A DNA stretch of 41,455 nt from an uncultured Methanosarcinales archaeon (GCA_964409385.1 CAYPCY010000001.1:1-41455), one strand, 5' to 3'; counted from the first letter of the stretch, positions 1 through 10,395 are shown. Program-made: numbers and translations. The notes: a model not told the origin generated them from the letters alone.

Positions 1-12
1 GATTTCTCCAAA

Positions 13-57
13 TTTTCCTCCTACGTCGGAAAACTTCGGATAATCGCGATGTTATGT
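13..57 (+). repeat. GC-richer hairpin ending in GTTATGT; possible right half of an attC-like site, truncated by the window edge
   Basis: TTTTCC(13-18)/GGAAAA(28-33) stem, followed by CTTCGGATAATCGCGAT and GTTATGT (51-57), which resembles the GTTRRRY core with one mismatch. The partner arm would lie outside the window. Confidence 0.3.
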
Positions 58-123
58 TCCTAAAATTAGACCTAAACTATTAGATCATAAGGCAGTTATT
101 AACGAATTAGAATTAAAATAATA

Positions 124-345
124 TTAAACAAATAATTCTAGTCTTTCTATTGATAGTTTTAAAGATTCATCCGTGTCTTTTTTAATTTGAGTTAGTAAAT
201 TTACTACTTCTTCAGCATCTTTCTTAGTGAATTCTTCAGGTTTTTTTGATTCAATAGATAGTATTTTTCTTACTCTAACTGAAATACCACCTATTGCACC
301 AGATATTTGTTTGCTCCTATATTCTGATGATAGTTTTTCTTCCAT
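124..345 (-). CDS. small hypothetical helical protein (73 aa)
   Basis: ORF with ATG, divergent from kae1, AT-rich TATA-like sequence upstream; no recognisable motif. Confidence 0.55.
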   Translation of the reverse strand: MEEKLSSEYRSKQISGAIGGISVRVRKILSIESKKPEEFTKKDAEEVVNLLTQIKKDTDESLKLSIERLELFV

Positions 346-418
346 ATTATTGTTTTAATCTGTACTTATTTAAATTTTACCATAAAGTATTTATTCTGTT
401 TATTGTTCTTTTTAGTTT

Positions 419-1399
419 ATGATTACTCTTGGTATTGAATCTACTGCTCATACTTTGGGCGTGGCCATTCTTAAAGATAAGACTATTTTAGCCAATGTTA
501 AGGATATTCATACTACTAAGAAGGGTGGTCTTATTCCTTTTAAGCTTGGTGAACATCATATTAATTGTTTTGATAATATTTTTATAGAAGCTTTAGAAAA
601 AGCCAGTATTAAACCAGAAATGATTGACTTGATTGCTTATTCTGAAAGTCCTGGTTTGGGTAATACTTTAAGGATTGGTGCTGCTTTTGCTAGAACTCTT
701 GCTATATTATTAGCTAAACCTTTAGTTCCAGTTAATCATTGTATTGCCCATTTAGAAATTGCTAGGTTGAGAACTAAAGCTAAAGATCCTGTTATGTTGT
801 ATGCTTCTGGTGCTAATACTCAAATTATTGCTTATGAATCGGGCAAATATAGAATTTTTGGTGAGACTCTTGACATGGGCGTGGGTAATTTTATTGATTC
901 TTTCGCGCGTGAGTTGGGTTTGGGTTTTCCTGGTGGCCCTCTGATAGAAAAATTAGCCATTAAGGGAAAATTTGTTGAGCTTCCCTATATTGTTAAGGGC
1001 ATGGATGTTTCTTTTAGTGGTTTGCATACTAAGCTTAAGCAATTAATTAAGAATAATAAAGATAACAGAGACCTTGCTTTTTCTATGCAAGAAATTGTTT
1101 TTGCAATGTTAGTTGAGGTTTCAGAAAGAGCAATGGCTCATACTGGTAAGAAAGAACTTGTTCTGGGTGGTGGTGTAGCCTGTAATAAGAGACTTCAAGA
1201 AATGTGCAGGAGAATGTGTATTGATAGGAATGCTAAATTTTTTGTTCCTGAAAATGAGTTTTTAGTTGATAATGCTGCCATGATTGGTTGGACTGGGTAT
1301 TTAATGTTTACTTCATCACATAATAATGTTATTAGCCCAGAACTTGCTGGTATTAATCCTTATAAGAGAACGGATGATGTTATAGTTAATTGGAGATAA
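419..1399 (+). CDS. kae1: KEOPS tRNA N6-threonylcarbamoyladenosine synthase Kae1/TsaD
   Basis: LGIESTAHT, PGLG, HCIAH metal motif, SGANTQ, GETLD, GGVACN, DNAAMI. Confidence 0.96.
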   Translation: MITLGIESTAHTLGVAILKDKTILANVKDIHTTKKGGLIPFKLGEHHINCFDNIFIEALEKASIKPEMIDLIAYSESPGLGNTLRIGAAFARTLAILLAKPLVPVNHCIAHLEIARLRTKAKDPVMLYASGANTQIIAYESGKYRIFGETLDMGVGNFIDSFARELGLGFPGGPLIEKLAIKGKFVELPYIVKGMDVSFSGLHTKLKQLIKNNKDNRDLAFSMQEIVFAMLVEVSERAMAHTGKKELVLGGGVACNKRLQEMCRRMCIDRNAKFFVPENEFLVDNAAMIGWTGYLMFTSSHNNVISPELAGINPYKRTDDVIVNWR

Positions 1400-1400
1400 T

Positions 1401-3254
1401 CTATTTTAGTTTTTTTAATATATTTGACTTTCCATTCCAATCTATTACTTCTTTTAATACTTGACTTATTTCTGTTACTGGTATTATTTTTATCTTTTTT
1501 GATTGTTCTTTACTAATTATTATATCTTCAATATTTGATTTTGGCACTATTACTTTTTTTATTCCTGCCTCTATTGCCGCTTCTATTTTTGAAGTTACTC
1601 CTCCTATTGGTAATACTTCTCCTCTCACGGATAATGATCCTGTCATTGCATATTCTTGTTTTATAGGTACTTTTTTAAGTGCTGAAATTATTGATGTAGC
1701 TACTGCAATACTTGCTGAATCACCTTCAACTCCTTCATATGTTTGTAAGAATTGAACAAAAATATCGTGTTTTTCTTTTATATCGTCTCCAAAGTATTTC
1801 TTTACTATTGCAGTAACATTTTTCACTGCTTCTTTTGCTATTTCTCCTAGTTTTCCTGTTGCTATTATTTCTGATATTTTTCCGCCAGGTGTTACTTCTG
1901 CTTCAATAGGCATTACAATTCCTGAAAAATTAATTGAATCTCCCATTACTGCTAATCCATTAACTCTACCAATTATTTTTCCCTTTGTTTTTATTACTTC
2001 ATATTCTTTCTTTCTTTCTATATACTTATCTGCCATTTGTTGTTCTAATGTTCTTGCTAATTTTTTTGCTTCTTCTATGTGTTTTACTTCTACAAATTTT
2101 GCTTTATGTTCTTGCGCAACATCTCCTGACGCTCTTATTATTCCACCTAATTCTCTTAGTCTTAAAGTTAGGTGGCCTTTTCGATTTGCTCTTTTTCTTG
2201 CTATTTCTACTAGATATTCTGCTGCTCTTCTTGAGAAGTGTGGTATTTTTTTGTCTTTTTCTACTTCTTGTGCTATGAATCTTGCTATTCTTAATCTGTT
2301 TTCTTTAGTATCTTCTATTGTTTCATTCATGAATATTTCATATCCATATCCTCTAATTCTTGATCTTAATGCTGGGTGCATATGTTGTACTGTTTCACTA
2401 TTTCCTGCAGCTACTAATATAAAATTGCAGGGCACAGCATCTGTTTTTACCATTGCGCCTGCTGATCTTTCTGATTGGCCTGTTATTGAATATTTTCCTT
2501 CTTGTAATGATGTTAGTAATTCTTGTTGTGTGTGTGGTTGTAATGTTCCTATTTCATCTATGAATAATACTCCCATGTTTGCCTTGTGTATCATTCCGGC
2601 TACTACTCTTTCATGTGCTGGTGTTCCTAATCCTCCTGTTTGGAATGGATCGTGAAGAACATCTCCTAATAATGCTCCTGCGTGAGCTCCTGTAGCATCA
2701 ATGAATGGAACTTTTTTCTTTCCATAATTATCAACTATTACTTTCGGAGATCTATTTCCTGTTAGTGTTTTTTTATTTATACTCATTGCCAGCATTAATC
2801 CAAATATTAGTATTATTCCTGATATTATGAATGCCGCGTATATTATGTCTGATATTTCTCCTGATTTCCACCAAAAATAGGGCATTATTCCTATTAATGC
2901 TGCTAGTATAAAATAGAATATTGTTTGTCCTTTGAATAAGCCAGTATTTTGAATTTTTGATTTTGTAATTATTTCTCTTCCTTGTCCTGCTTTTACAGTG
3001 CTTATTTTTGGATTATTTTCATCGTTAGGATTTTGGAATGACATAATATCCACTAGTTTTTCTTTAGGTAGTAATTCTGCTAATGCTAGTCCTAGCATTG
3101 ACTTTCCAGTTCCTGGTTCTCCTATTAATAGAACATGTCTTCTTTGCTTACTGGCCTTTTTTATTACTTCTACAGCTCCTTCTTGGCCAATTACTTGACC
3201 AACTATTTTTTTTGGAACTTTTATCTCTTTTGTTGATTTGAAAGTAAATTCCAT
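1401..3254 (-). CDS. lonB: archaeal membrane-anchored ATP-dependent Lon protease (LonB)
   Basis: Walker A GEPGTGKS, two-TM insertion in the AAA domain, Walker B LFIDE, catalytic EGDSAS and downstream Lys (GGVTSKI). Confidence 0.95.
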   Translation of the reverse strand: MEFTFKSTKEIKVPKKIVGQVIGQEGAVEVIKKASKQRRHVLLIGEPGTGKSMLGLALAELLPKEKLVDIMSFQNPNDENNPKISTVKAGQGREIITKSKIQNTGLFKGQTIFYFILAALIGIMPYFWWKSGEISDIIYAAFIISGIILIFGLMLAMSINKKTLTGNRSPKVIVDNYGKKKVPFIDATGAHAGALLGDVLHDPFQTGGLGTPAHERVVAGMIHKANMGVLFIDEIGTLQPHTQQELLTSLQEGKYSITGQSERSAGAMVKTDAVPCNFILVAAGNSETVQHMHPALRSRIRGYGYEIFMNETIEDTKENRLRIARFIAQEVEKDKKIPHFSRRAAEYLVEIARKRANRKGHLTLRLRELGGIIRASGDVAQEHKAKFVEVKHIEEAKKLARTLEQQMADKYIERKKEYEVIKTKGKIIGRVNGLAVMGDSINFSGIVMPIEAEVTPGGKISEIIATGKLGEIAKEAVKNVTAIVKKYFGDDIKEKHDIFVQFLQTYEGVEGDSASIAVATSIISALKKVPIKQEYAMTGSLSVRGEVLPIGGVTSKIEAAIEAGIKKVIVPKSNIEDIIISKEQSKKIKIIPVTEISQVLKEVIDWNGKSNILKKLK

Positions 3255-3346
3255 GTTATTTGTGTTTTCCTTTTCCTATTTATATCTTGTGAAATTTCCG
3301 GATTTTTATTGTGAAGTTTTATTTTAATTATTGGTTTTTTAAGTTT

Positions 3347-3628
3347 ATGGAAAAATTACTTTTTAGAATTTCTTTAGCTTCTGCAATTATTGGTTTATTT
3401 CTTCTTGTATTATTTAATTCAGAGTTAGAGTTTGATTTTGATTCTGATTATTTAAAGTTTGAAATTGTTAAAGTTAATTATTTTGGAAAATCTACTGTTA
3501 TAAAGGCAATACCTAAACAAATTATTAATATTGTTTATTTTGGAAATTTTAACTTTTCATCTTGTGTTCTTGCTTCTGGTAAGTTTGAAGAGTTTACTTT
3601 TTTGGCTAATTCTGTTAAGGATTGTTAG
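3347..3628 (+). CDS. small membrane-anchored hypothetical protein, possibly OB-fold-like
   Basis: ATG at 3347 in frame with ORF 3311; N-terminal hydrophobic helix followed by a beta-rich region. Confidence 0.5.
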   Translation: MEKLLFRISLASAIIGLFLLVLFNSELEFDFDSDYLKFEIVKVNYFGKSTVIKAIPKQIINIVYFGNFNFSSCVLASGKFEEFTFLANSVKDC

Positions 3629-3694
3629 TGAAGTCGGAAATTATTATCATTTTTTGCAGATTTTATTTTAAAAAATACTTTTTTGTTTTAACTT

Positions 3695-4885
3695 ATGTTA
3701 AATGTTTTTTTGGGTTTGATTGTTGGATTATTTTTTGGTGTTATTACTGGCCTTATTCCTGGATTACATACTAATACTATTTCTTTGATGCTTATTGGTT
3801 TTATTCCGAGATTTAATTTTTCTCCTGGTTTTACAGTATCTTTAATTATTTCTATGGCTCTTTCTAATAGTTTTTTATCTATTATTCCTTCAGTTTTTTT
3901 AGGTGCTCCTTCTGAAGGTAATGAGTTGACAGTTCTACCGGGTCATAGATTATTATTAAAAGGAAAGGGTTTAGAAGCAGTAAAATTAAACTTGTTCGGG
4001 TCAGTATTTGCATTAGTATCTAGTTCTTTATTATTAATTCCTTTAATTTTTGTTCTTCCATTTCTTTATCAATTATTAAAACCAAATATTTTCTTTGTTT
4101 TATTATCTATTTCTTTCTTTATGATTTTTAGAGAAAAGAATAAGATATTAGGTCTTCTTATTTTTTTATTATCTGGCACTCTTGGTTATTTTACTTTAGA
4201 ATCTAATGTTAATGAACCGTTTTTACCTTTACTAACTGGTTTTTTTGGAATTTCTACTTTATTAATTAGTATTAAAGAATTTAATTTCATTCCATTACAA
4301 GATTTTAATGCTAACCCTTCAACTTCTATTAAAGAATTCTTCAAAGTTGGTTTTATTGGTCAAATAAGTGGTTTTTTTATTTCAGTACTTCCTGGTATTG
4401 GAAGTTCAGTGGCAGCAATTGTTTCAATGAGGTTTGTGGGAAAGTCTGAGGATGCTTTTCTTATTCTTACAGGTTGTATTAATACTGCTAATTTTATTCT
4501 TTCATTAGTAACTTTTTACACTATAAACAAGGCAAGGAATGGTTCTATTATTGCTTTGAGAGAGATTTTTTCAAGTATTAGCTTGTATAATGTACTGTTT
4601 TTTTTAGGTATTATTTTAGTTTCGGGTTGTTTTGCTTTTTTTATTACTTTATGGATTTCCAAGTTTTTTTGTAAGTTTATTCAAAAAGTAAATTATAAAC
4701 GATTAGTAATATTTGTTATTTCATTTCTTGTTTTGCTTGTTATATTCTTTTCTGGAATTAAGGGTTTTTTTATTTTATTAATTGCTATTTGTATTGGTAT
4801 TACTCCTGCTCTCGGTCTTACTAGTAGAAGTTTGTGTATTGCTTGTATTTTATTTCCAGTAATGGTTTTTTTCTATAATTTTTGA
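3695..4885 (+). CDS. TctA-like (DUF112) tripartite tricarboxylate transporter family membrane protein
   Basis: GLIPGLH..., IPSVFLGAP, LPGHRLLLKGKG motifs and an internally repeated LPGIG; highly hydrophobic. Confidence 0.85.
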   Translation: MLNVFLGLIVGLFFGVITGLIPGLHTNTISLMLIGFIPRFNFSPGFTVSLIISMALSNSFLSIIPSVFLGAPSEGNELTVLPGHRLLLKGKGLEAVKLNLFGSVFALVSSSLLLIPLIFVLPFLYQLLKPNIFFVLLSISFFMIFREKNKILGLLIFLLSGTLGYFTLESNVNEPFLPLLTGFFGISTLLISIKEFNFIPLQDFNANPSTSIKEFFKVGFIGQISGFFISVLPGIGSSVAAIVSMRFVGKSEDAFLILTGCINTANFILSLVTFYTINKARNGSIIALREIFSSISLYNVLFFLGIILVSGCFAFFITLWISKFFCKFIQKVNYKRLVIFVISFLVLLVIFFSGIKGFFILLIAICIGITPALGLTSRSLCIACILFPVMVFFYNF

Positions 4886-4944
4886 ACAATTTAAGTTTTA
4901 TTTTTTTTATTAGAATCAAAACTTTTAAATAATGCTTAGTTCTA

Positions 4945-6711
4945 TTGTTTATTGTGAGGGTTAGAAACTTATTTACTTTATTATTATTGTTTTTGATTAA
5001 TTTGTTTACTGTTATTGCTATTGATCCTTTTTCTCCGTTGTTTGGATTGACTTCTCTGGCTGATTTGTATGCTTTTGCTCCTGGTTTTATTGATTCTATA
5101 TTATATTTAGTATTTTTTGTTAGTTTGAGCTTGTTTGCTCTTACTAAGTTTTATAGGGATAAGTGGGATGGAATTAATAAGGAAGGTAAGACTGTTGCTG
5201 TTGTTTTGGGTATTGTTCTTGCAATATCTGCTAGTATTTGGAGTAGTAATTCTGGTTTTAGTCTTGCTAGTTTGAGTTTCCTTGCTGCTTTTGTGTTTTT
5301 AGGTTTTATTTTTCTTTTCTTACATTATATTCTTAAGATGTTTCTTGGTAGGAATGCTAAATTTGCTACTTACATTCTTGTTTATTTCATTGCTTTCTTA
5401 ACTTTTCCTGCATTTGGTGATTGGCTTAATAATAATGCTGGTTGGTTGATGATTATTTTATCTTTATTATTTTTGATTTCGTTAATTGCTTTAATTACTG
5501 CTTTTGTTAGGGGATTTGGTTTTGGTGGTTCTAGAAGTTCTGGTATGGGTGGTGGCTTTGGTCCTGGTCCACATGATGATTTTCATGATGATCATGATAT
5601 TGACGATAGTAGGAGAAATAGGGAAACTGATGTTAGGGATGATGAAGATTTAGATATTGATAGAGAACCTGGAGAAGAAGGGGGAACGTCTGAAGGAACT
5701 GATGAAGAACCGGGTGGATCTGAAACTTCTGATGAAGGTGGAGAGTCAGAAAGTCCTGGTAGAGAAGAAGAAGCATTAGAAACTCCTGAAGGGGAAGAAG
5801 GAGAAACACCTAGAGAACCTGAAAATGTAGATGATTTAGATGAAGAAAAGAAAATTGAGGAAGAATTGTCTGATTTGGGAAAACTTTTAAAGAAACCTTT
5901 AAGGATTCCTGCAAGGAAAAAGTTGAAATCTTTGAATGTTGGACAGTTTGCTTCTGATTTTGTTTTTTCTAAACCTCCTAAACTTGGAAAAGAATTTTCT
6001 ATTAGAATTCCTGCAATTATTAAACATTTAGATGAGTTAAGAGTTAAACTTAATAGAGAAAACTATCAAAGAACACATCCTGATAAATTTAAGGAGTTTG
6101 AAGATTCTTATAAAAAAATTAAGAAGGCGGAGCCTAGAATTAACAATTTAAAAAGAATTATTGGCGATCTTAAAACTGCAGAGGATGACAGAACTATTAT
6201 TAGGTATGCTAAGGGTGCTTATCTTGATATTAAAGAAATTATTAAAACAAATAAACTTAAAACTTTAGATAAACAATTCGAGTTAATTTTCAAAAGGGGT
6301 CATTCTAATAGTAAAAGATTGAATCAACTTGTTTGGAAGAAGATTGGTCATTTAAATTCTGAAAAGAATAATGAATTTCTTGCATCTTCTGATAATGAAA
6401 AAATATCAGTTCTTAATGAAATAAAAGCTAAACTTGAGGATATGGATGTTCTTGAAAAAGAATTCACTAAATTATATGAAGAACATGCAGAAATTCAAGA
6501 TATTAAATTGATTAGTGGTAGAACTTGGAAGAAATTATTTCAAGATCCTAAAAAGTTATCTTTTATTATGGAAAATGCTAATAGGTTTGCAACTGGTAGA
6601 ATTTCTAGACTTTTCAAATTCTTTGATATTGCTTATAAGGGTGCTTTGAATTTAGATATTGAATTAAGAGAGATTCAAAAAGTAATTAAAGAAATTAGAA
6701 AGGATATATAG
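4945..6711 (+). CDS. multi-TM membrane protein with Gly linker, acidic low-complexity region and basic helical C-terminal domain (paralog of 13347..15197)
   Basis: Signal-like start plus about 5 TM segments; shares IDSILYLVFF and GKT.AVVLGI.LAI.ASIWS with 13347..15197; start codon uncertain (TTG/GTG). Confidence 0.8.
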   Translation: MFIVRVRNLFTLLLLFLINLFTVIAIDPFSPLFGLTSLADLYAFAPGFIDSILYLVFFVSLSLFALTKFYRDKWDGINKEGKTVAVVLGIVLAISASIWSSNSGFSLASLSFLAAFVFLGFIFLFLHYILKMFLGRNAKFATYILVYFIAFLTFPAFGDWLNNNAGWLMIILSLLFLISLIALITAFVRGFGFGGSRSSGMGGGFGPGPHDDFHDDHDIDDSRRNRETDVRDDEDLDIDREPGEEGGTSEGTDEEPGGSETSDEGGESESPGREEEALETPEGEEGETPREPENVDDLDEEKKIEEELSDLGKLLKKPLRIPARKKLKSLNVGQFASDFVFSKPPKLGKEFSIRIPAIIKHLDELRVKLNRENYQRTHPDKFKEFEDSYKKIKKAEPRINNLKRIIGDLKTAEDDRTIIRYAKGAYLDIKEIIKTNKLKTLDKQFELIFKRGHSNSKRLNQLVWKKIGHLNSEKNNEFLASSDNEKISVLNEIKAKLEDMDVLEKEFTKLYEEHAEIQDIKLISGRTWKKLFQDPKKLSFIMENANRFATGRISRLFKFFDIAYKGALNLDIELREIQKVIKEIRKDI

Positions 6712-6730
6712 AAACGAAGTTTCTTGTATC
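6703..6730. terminator. short hairpin between convergent genes
   Basis: AGAAAC-GAA-GTTTCT (6710-6724) with imperfect GATA/TATC extension. Confidence 0.3.
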
Positions 6731-6758
6731 TCTTAGAAATTTTATTTCAAAGAGACTT

Positions 6759-7574
6759 CTAGACTAGTGGATTTCTTCCACCGTATAATGCTTTGAACTT
6801 TCCTTTCTCAAATACTAGTGAGAATATGTCTGTATTAATTTGTGTGGCTCTCATTTTGACTACTGCTATTTGTCTTATTACTTTTCTTTCAAACTCTTTC
6901 ATTTCTAGCATTATTATCCCATCTGATAAATAATCTTCAATTCCATATTCTGAAAATTTTGATTTGTCAGTTGGCATTTCTGATACTAGGTATGAAGTAA
7001 CTTGAAAATCTCTTAATCTTTCAAACATATGATATAGTTTTGTTCTTGAATCAGTATAGGTTGATAATACATATAATGCGTTTAGGCTGTCTAGAGCAAA
7101 TAATTCTATGTTTAACTCTTTCTTAGCCACTTTAAGAATATTAAACACTACAGTTAACCAATCTCCTCCTTCTCCTACTTTTGTGCCTCTAAGCTCTTTT
7201 CTTAACGCTCCAAGGTCTGATATTATTATAGTTCCTTTTTTAGAGTTTTTAGTATTCTTCATTATTTCTTTAAATCTGGATACTTTACTACCTATAATTT
7301 CTATATTTACTTCTTCTAGATCATAGTCTAAATTTGCCATGTGTTTCATTAATGATGTTGCTGATTGTTCTAAACTAATGTATAAAGAATTTTTCCCTTG
7401 TTTTGCTTCATTATATATATTATTGAATACTAATGAGGATTTCATTGATCCTGAAGTTCCTGCTACTAGTATTACATGTCCTTCAGGAATTCCTCCTTCT
7501 ATTTGAGAATCTAGGCCGTCGACATGTAGTGGAACCCTTACTATTTCTTTTTTGTTTATTATGTTTTCAGCCAT
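6759..7574 (-). CDS. KaiC/RAD55-like RecA-superfamily ATPase
   Basis: GLDSQIEGGIP, variant Walker A GTSGSMKS, YISLEQ, Walker B ALDSL, DGII...VVKMRAT. Confidence 0.88.
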   Translation of the reverse strand: MAENIINKKEIVRVPLHVDGLDSQIEGGIPEGHVILVAGTSGSMKSSLVFNNIYNEAKQGKNSLYISLEQSATSLMKHMANLDYDLEEVNIEIIGSKVSRFKEIMKNTKNSKKGTIIISDLGALRKELRGTKVGEGGDWLTVVFNILKVAKKELNIELFALDSLNALYVLSTYTDSRTKLYHMFERLRDFQVTSYLVSEMPTDKSKFSEYGIEDYLSDGIIMLEMKEFERKVIRQIAVVKMRATQINTDIFSLVFEKGKFKALYGGRNPLV

Positions 7575-8746
7575 GACTCCAAACCTCTTTTTTTAATTTT
7601 TAACTTTTGTACTTCGCCTTTCTTTGTTGCTACAATAATTTTTGAATCCTTGCTTGAAATTAATCCTATACCCACAACCATTCCTTTCGTATCAAACTCC
7701 ATAAGTTTCTTTCCTACAAACTCTCCTGGTTCTGAAGTTATTAATTCTGAATAACTTCCTGGTTGTGTAGTTGCTGTTGATATTCCAGGAACATAATCTA
7801 GTATGAATGATCCTTCCGAATCTAGAATATAAATTTTTTGGTCGTAACTTCCTATTATTACTTCTTTCTTTCCATCATTATTAATATCTGTTGTTATTGG
7901 TTTTGAAACAATCCAAAAATCTGTTTGGAAACTCCATTCTTTTTTTCCATTATTATCCAGTACATATAAATTATTATCTAATGATCCGAAAATTATTTCT
8001 TTCTTACCATTATTATTAATATCTTCAATTACTACTTCTGAAACTATTGGTCCTTCAGTTTCATAATTCCACATTTGTTTTCCGTTAATGCTTAGACAAT
8101 AAAGTTTTTTGTCTGTACTTCCTATAAATAATCTTTCAATTCCATTAATTTTTGAACTTGCACCTTTAGAAACTACTTTTCCTCCAGTTTGAAACTTCCA
8201 TTTTTCTTTTCCATTTATTGTGTATGCGTGTATCATTCCATTATTGCTGCCGAAGACTATGTAATTATTGAATATTATGGGGCTTGATTCTATTGGTGAA
8301 TTAACATTCACTGACCATTTTTCTTTTCCGTTCTTGTATGCTTTTAATTGACCATTAATTGTGGTTAGGAATATAGTATTTTTATAATATAATGGCGTGC
8401 TTTTTATTTCTGAATTTATATTTATATCCCATATTTTTTTATAGTTTGAATTAAAGCAGACTAATCGTCCTGTATTAAAACAAAATAACATTTTATTATC
8501 TGTGATTATTGGATTTGAAAAGACTGCTGATGCTTCTTCTTCATAAAATAAGGATTCTACTTCATCTCTTGTCTTTTTCCCTGAAAATTTAAGTTTTACT
8601 TCTGCATTCCCGTCTAAAACATAAATTGTTCCATTCTTTGTTCCAAAAAGGATTATTTTCCTGTCTTTTTCTAGATTTCCAACTAGTATTGATGATGAAA
8701 TTTCAGAATTAGCATTAAAACTCCACTCCTCTTCTAACTTTCCCAT
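7559..8746 (-). CDS. PQQ-like beta-propeller protein with FG-GAP-like repeats
   Basis: Repeated GKEKW.F.T / SSP / GS.D..LY.L motifs and DINN.GKKE(I/V)I repeats; overlaps the ATPase start by 16 nt. Confidence 0.85.
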   Translation of the reverse strand: MGKLEEEWSFNANSEISSSILVGNLEKDRKIILFGTKNGTIYVLDGNAEVKLKFSGKKTRDEVESLFYEEEASAVFSNPIITDNKMLFCFNTGRLVCFNSNYKKIWDININSEIKSTPLYYKNTIFLTTINGQLKAYKNGKEKWSVNVNSPIESSPIIFNNYIVFGSNNGMIHAYTINGKEKWKFQTGGKVVSKGASSKINGIERLFIGSTDKKLYCLSINGKQMWNYETEGPIVSEVVIEDINNNGKKEIIFGSLDNNLYVLDNNGKKEWSFQTDFWIVSKPITTDINNDGKKEVIIGSYDQKIYILDSEGSFILDYVPGISTATTQPGSYSELITSEPGEFVGKKLMEFDTKGMVVGIGLISSKDSKIIVATKKGEVQKLKIKKRGLESWLKT

Positions 8747-8845
8747 ACTTTAGTTTCTTTTTATAAATTATTTAAAAGTTTCGAAATTCAAAAATGTTCT
8801 ATTTTCGAAACAAAAATTATTTAAAGTTAGATTTTACTTTTTAGC

Positions 8846-10108
8846 TTGATGAAAGAATCTTCTAGGCTTAACTCAATATTTTCGTTTAAAGAATTTTTTG
8901 ATAGGATTGGTTTTGGTAGTGGTAGTCAACAATTTATCAATATATTATTTTTTATTATTGGTGCTGCTCCTTGGCTAGTTTTTTTCATTAATTCATTCAG
9001 AGTTGTTTTTTCCACTGTTATATCTTCTTTTTTCAAAAGTATTAATTTATTAAAAGGTATTTCTAAGTCTTTTATTTCATTTAGTGGGTTCATTTATGGT
9101 TTTAGTTTTTTAGGTATTGCATTTGCTACGCTTATTAAGTCTTTACCATTATTCATTCTTTCTTTATTTATTGGAACGGTTGGTGTTGTTGCTTACGGGG
9201 ATAGTTATAATTCACTAGTAAGGTCTAAATTGCCAAAGGAGAAAAGAAATTTATTCTTGAGAAAAATTGGCAAGCTTGGTGTTTTATTAACTGCTTTCGG
9301 AATTATTATTGCAGGTTATTTAATGGATCTTATTCCTATTTTTGGTAGTTCCCTTACTATTTTGGGTATTGAATTTACTGGTTATGGTTATTTATTTGTG
9401 TTTGAGATTACTGCTATTTCGTTTATTATTTCTGGTTACGCACTTTCTTTTTTGAAAGAGGATAAGAAGATTGGTTTGAGAAAAACTAGTTTGATTTTAC
9501 AATCTCACTTTGAAAAATTAGTTTCTTCTTGTAAAGAATTATTTTCTAATAAGGTTTTATTAATGCTTACTTTTGCTGGTTCATTAACTGCTTTTGCTCA
9601 AACATTGGCTAATTCTTTTTATGGAATTTATATTTACAAATTTTTTGGTAATAGTTTTTTAACTGTTGCTTTAGTTTTATTATTTGGCTTGTTTGGTGCT
9701 CCTTTCGGTTTGGGTTTGGGAAAGTTTTTTTCTAGAAAGGTTGGTGTTTTTCCATTATTAGTGTTTGGTTCTTTATTATTGGCGATTACTCCTTTCACTT
9801 ATTATTTTTCCACTAATATTTTCTTAATTGCATTTGCTACTTTTATTGGTTTTATGGGTGGCTCTATAATTGGTGTATCTTCAAGTATTTTATCTTCTAA
9901 ACTACTTCCTGAATTTGAAAAGAAGAATTTTTATGATACTAGTAGTGTTATGATGATTATTCCTTATTTTTTATTTATTCCTTTAGGAAGCTTTTTATTA
10001 GTTAATTCTCAGTTTAAAATTGCTTTTTTAATAGCTAGTTTGTTACTTATTGTTTTTGTTGCGCCTATTTATCTTATATTGCTTATTTCATACTCAAAAT
10101 ATAATTAA
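8846..10108 (+). CDS. MFS-like transporter
   Basis: About 12 TM segments in two halves, LP.EKR..F loop, G.F..KVG motif in the second half. Confidence 0.75.
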   Translation: MMKESSRLNSIFSFKEFFDRIGFGSGSQQFINILFFIIGAAPWLVFFINSFRVVFSTVISSFFKSINLLKGISKSFISFSGFIYGFSFLGIAFATLIKSLPLFILSLFIGTVGVVAYGDSYNSLVRSKLPKEKRNLFLRKIGKLGVLLTAFGIIIAGYLMDLIPIFGSSLTILGIEFTGYGYLFVFEITAISFIISGYALSFLKEDKKIGLRKTSLILQSHFEKLVSSCKELFSNKVLLMLTFAGSLTAFAQTLANSFYGIYIYKFFGNSFLTVALVLLFGLFGAPFGLGLGKFFSRKVGVFPLLVFGSLLLAITPFTYYFSTNIFLIAFATFIGFMGGSIIGVSSSILSSKLLPEFEKKNFYDTSSVMMIIPYFLFIPLGSFLLVNSQFKIAFLIASLLLIVFVAPIYLILLISYSKYN

Positions 10109-10139
10109 ATTTATAAAGGGTTTTCAGTTCTTTTTTTTC

Positions 10140-10394
10140 ATGGATGGTATTATTTCAAACTTTAGAATGAACAGGCATTCTCACTCTAGTAATCAAATGA
10201 TTGTTATTGTTGGTTCTATTGCTAATAAGGATACTGCTTCTAAACTTACTGGTAAGAAAGTTACTTTTAACACTGGTAAGAAGGATATTGAGGGCGAAGT
10301 TACTGGTGCGCATGGTAATAAGGGTGCTGTTAAGGTTAGATTCTCTCAGGGTATGCCTGGCCAAGCTATTGGTCAGAAAGTTAAGATTAATTAA
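10140..10394 (+). CDS. rpl35ae: 50S ribosomal protein L35Ae
   Basis: GKKV...G.V...HGNKGAVKVRF..GMPGQAIG..V; true start ATG 10140 with TTTATAAA box upstream. Confidence 0.92.
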   Translation: MDGIISNFRMNRHSHSSNQMIVIVGSIANKDTASKLTGKKVTFNTGKKDIEGEVTGAHGNKGAVKVRFSQGMPGQAIGQKVKIN

Positions 10395-10395
10395 T

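Noticed and set aside
1985..3198. Plus-strand ORFs inside lonB, and similar antisense or alternate-frame ORFs elsewhere (e.g. 11703..12278, 30874..31266)
   Set aside because: Shadow ORFs of well-supported genes, with low-complexity L/F/S-rich translations caused by strand bias
10050..10139. N-terminal extension of L35Ae
   Set aside because: Overlaps the MFS gene and the TATA box; similarity to L35Ae begins at ATG 10140
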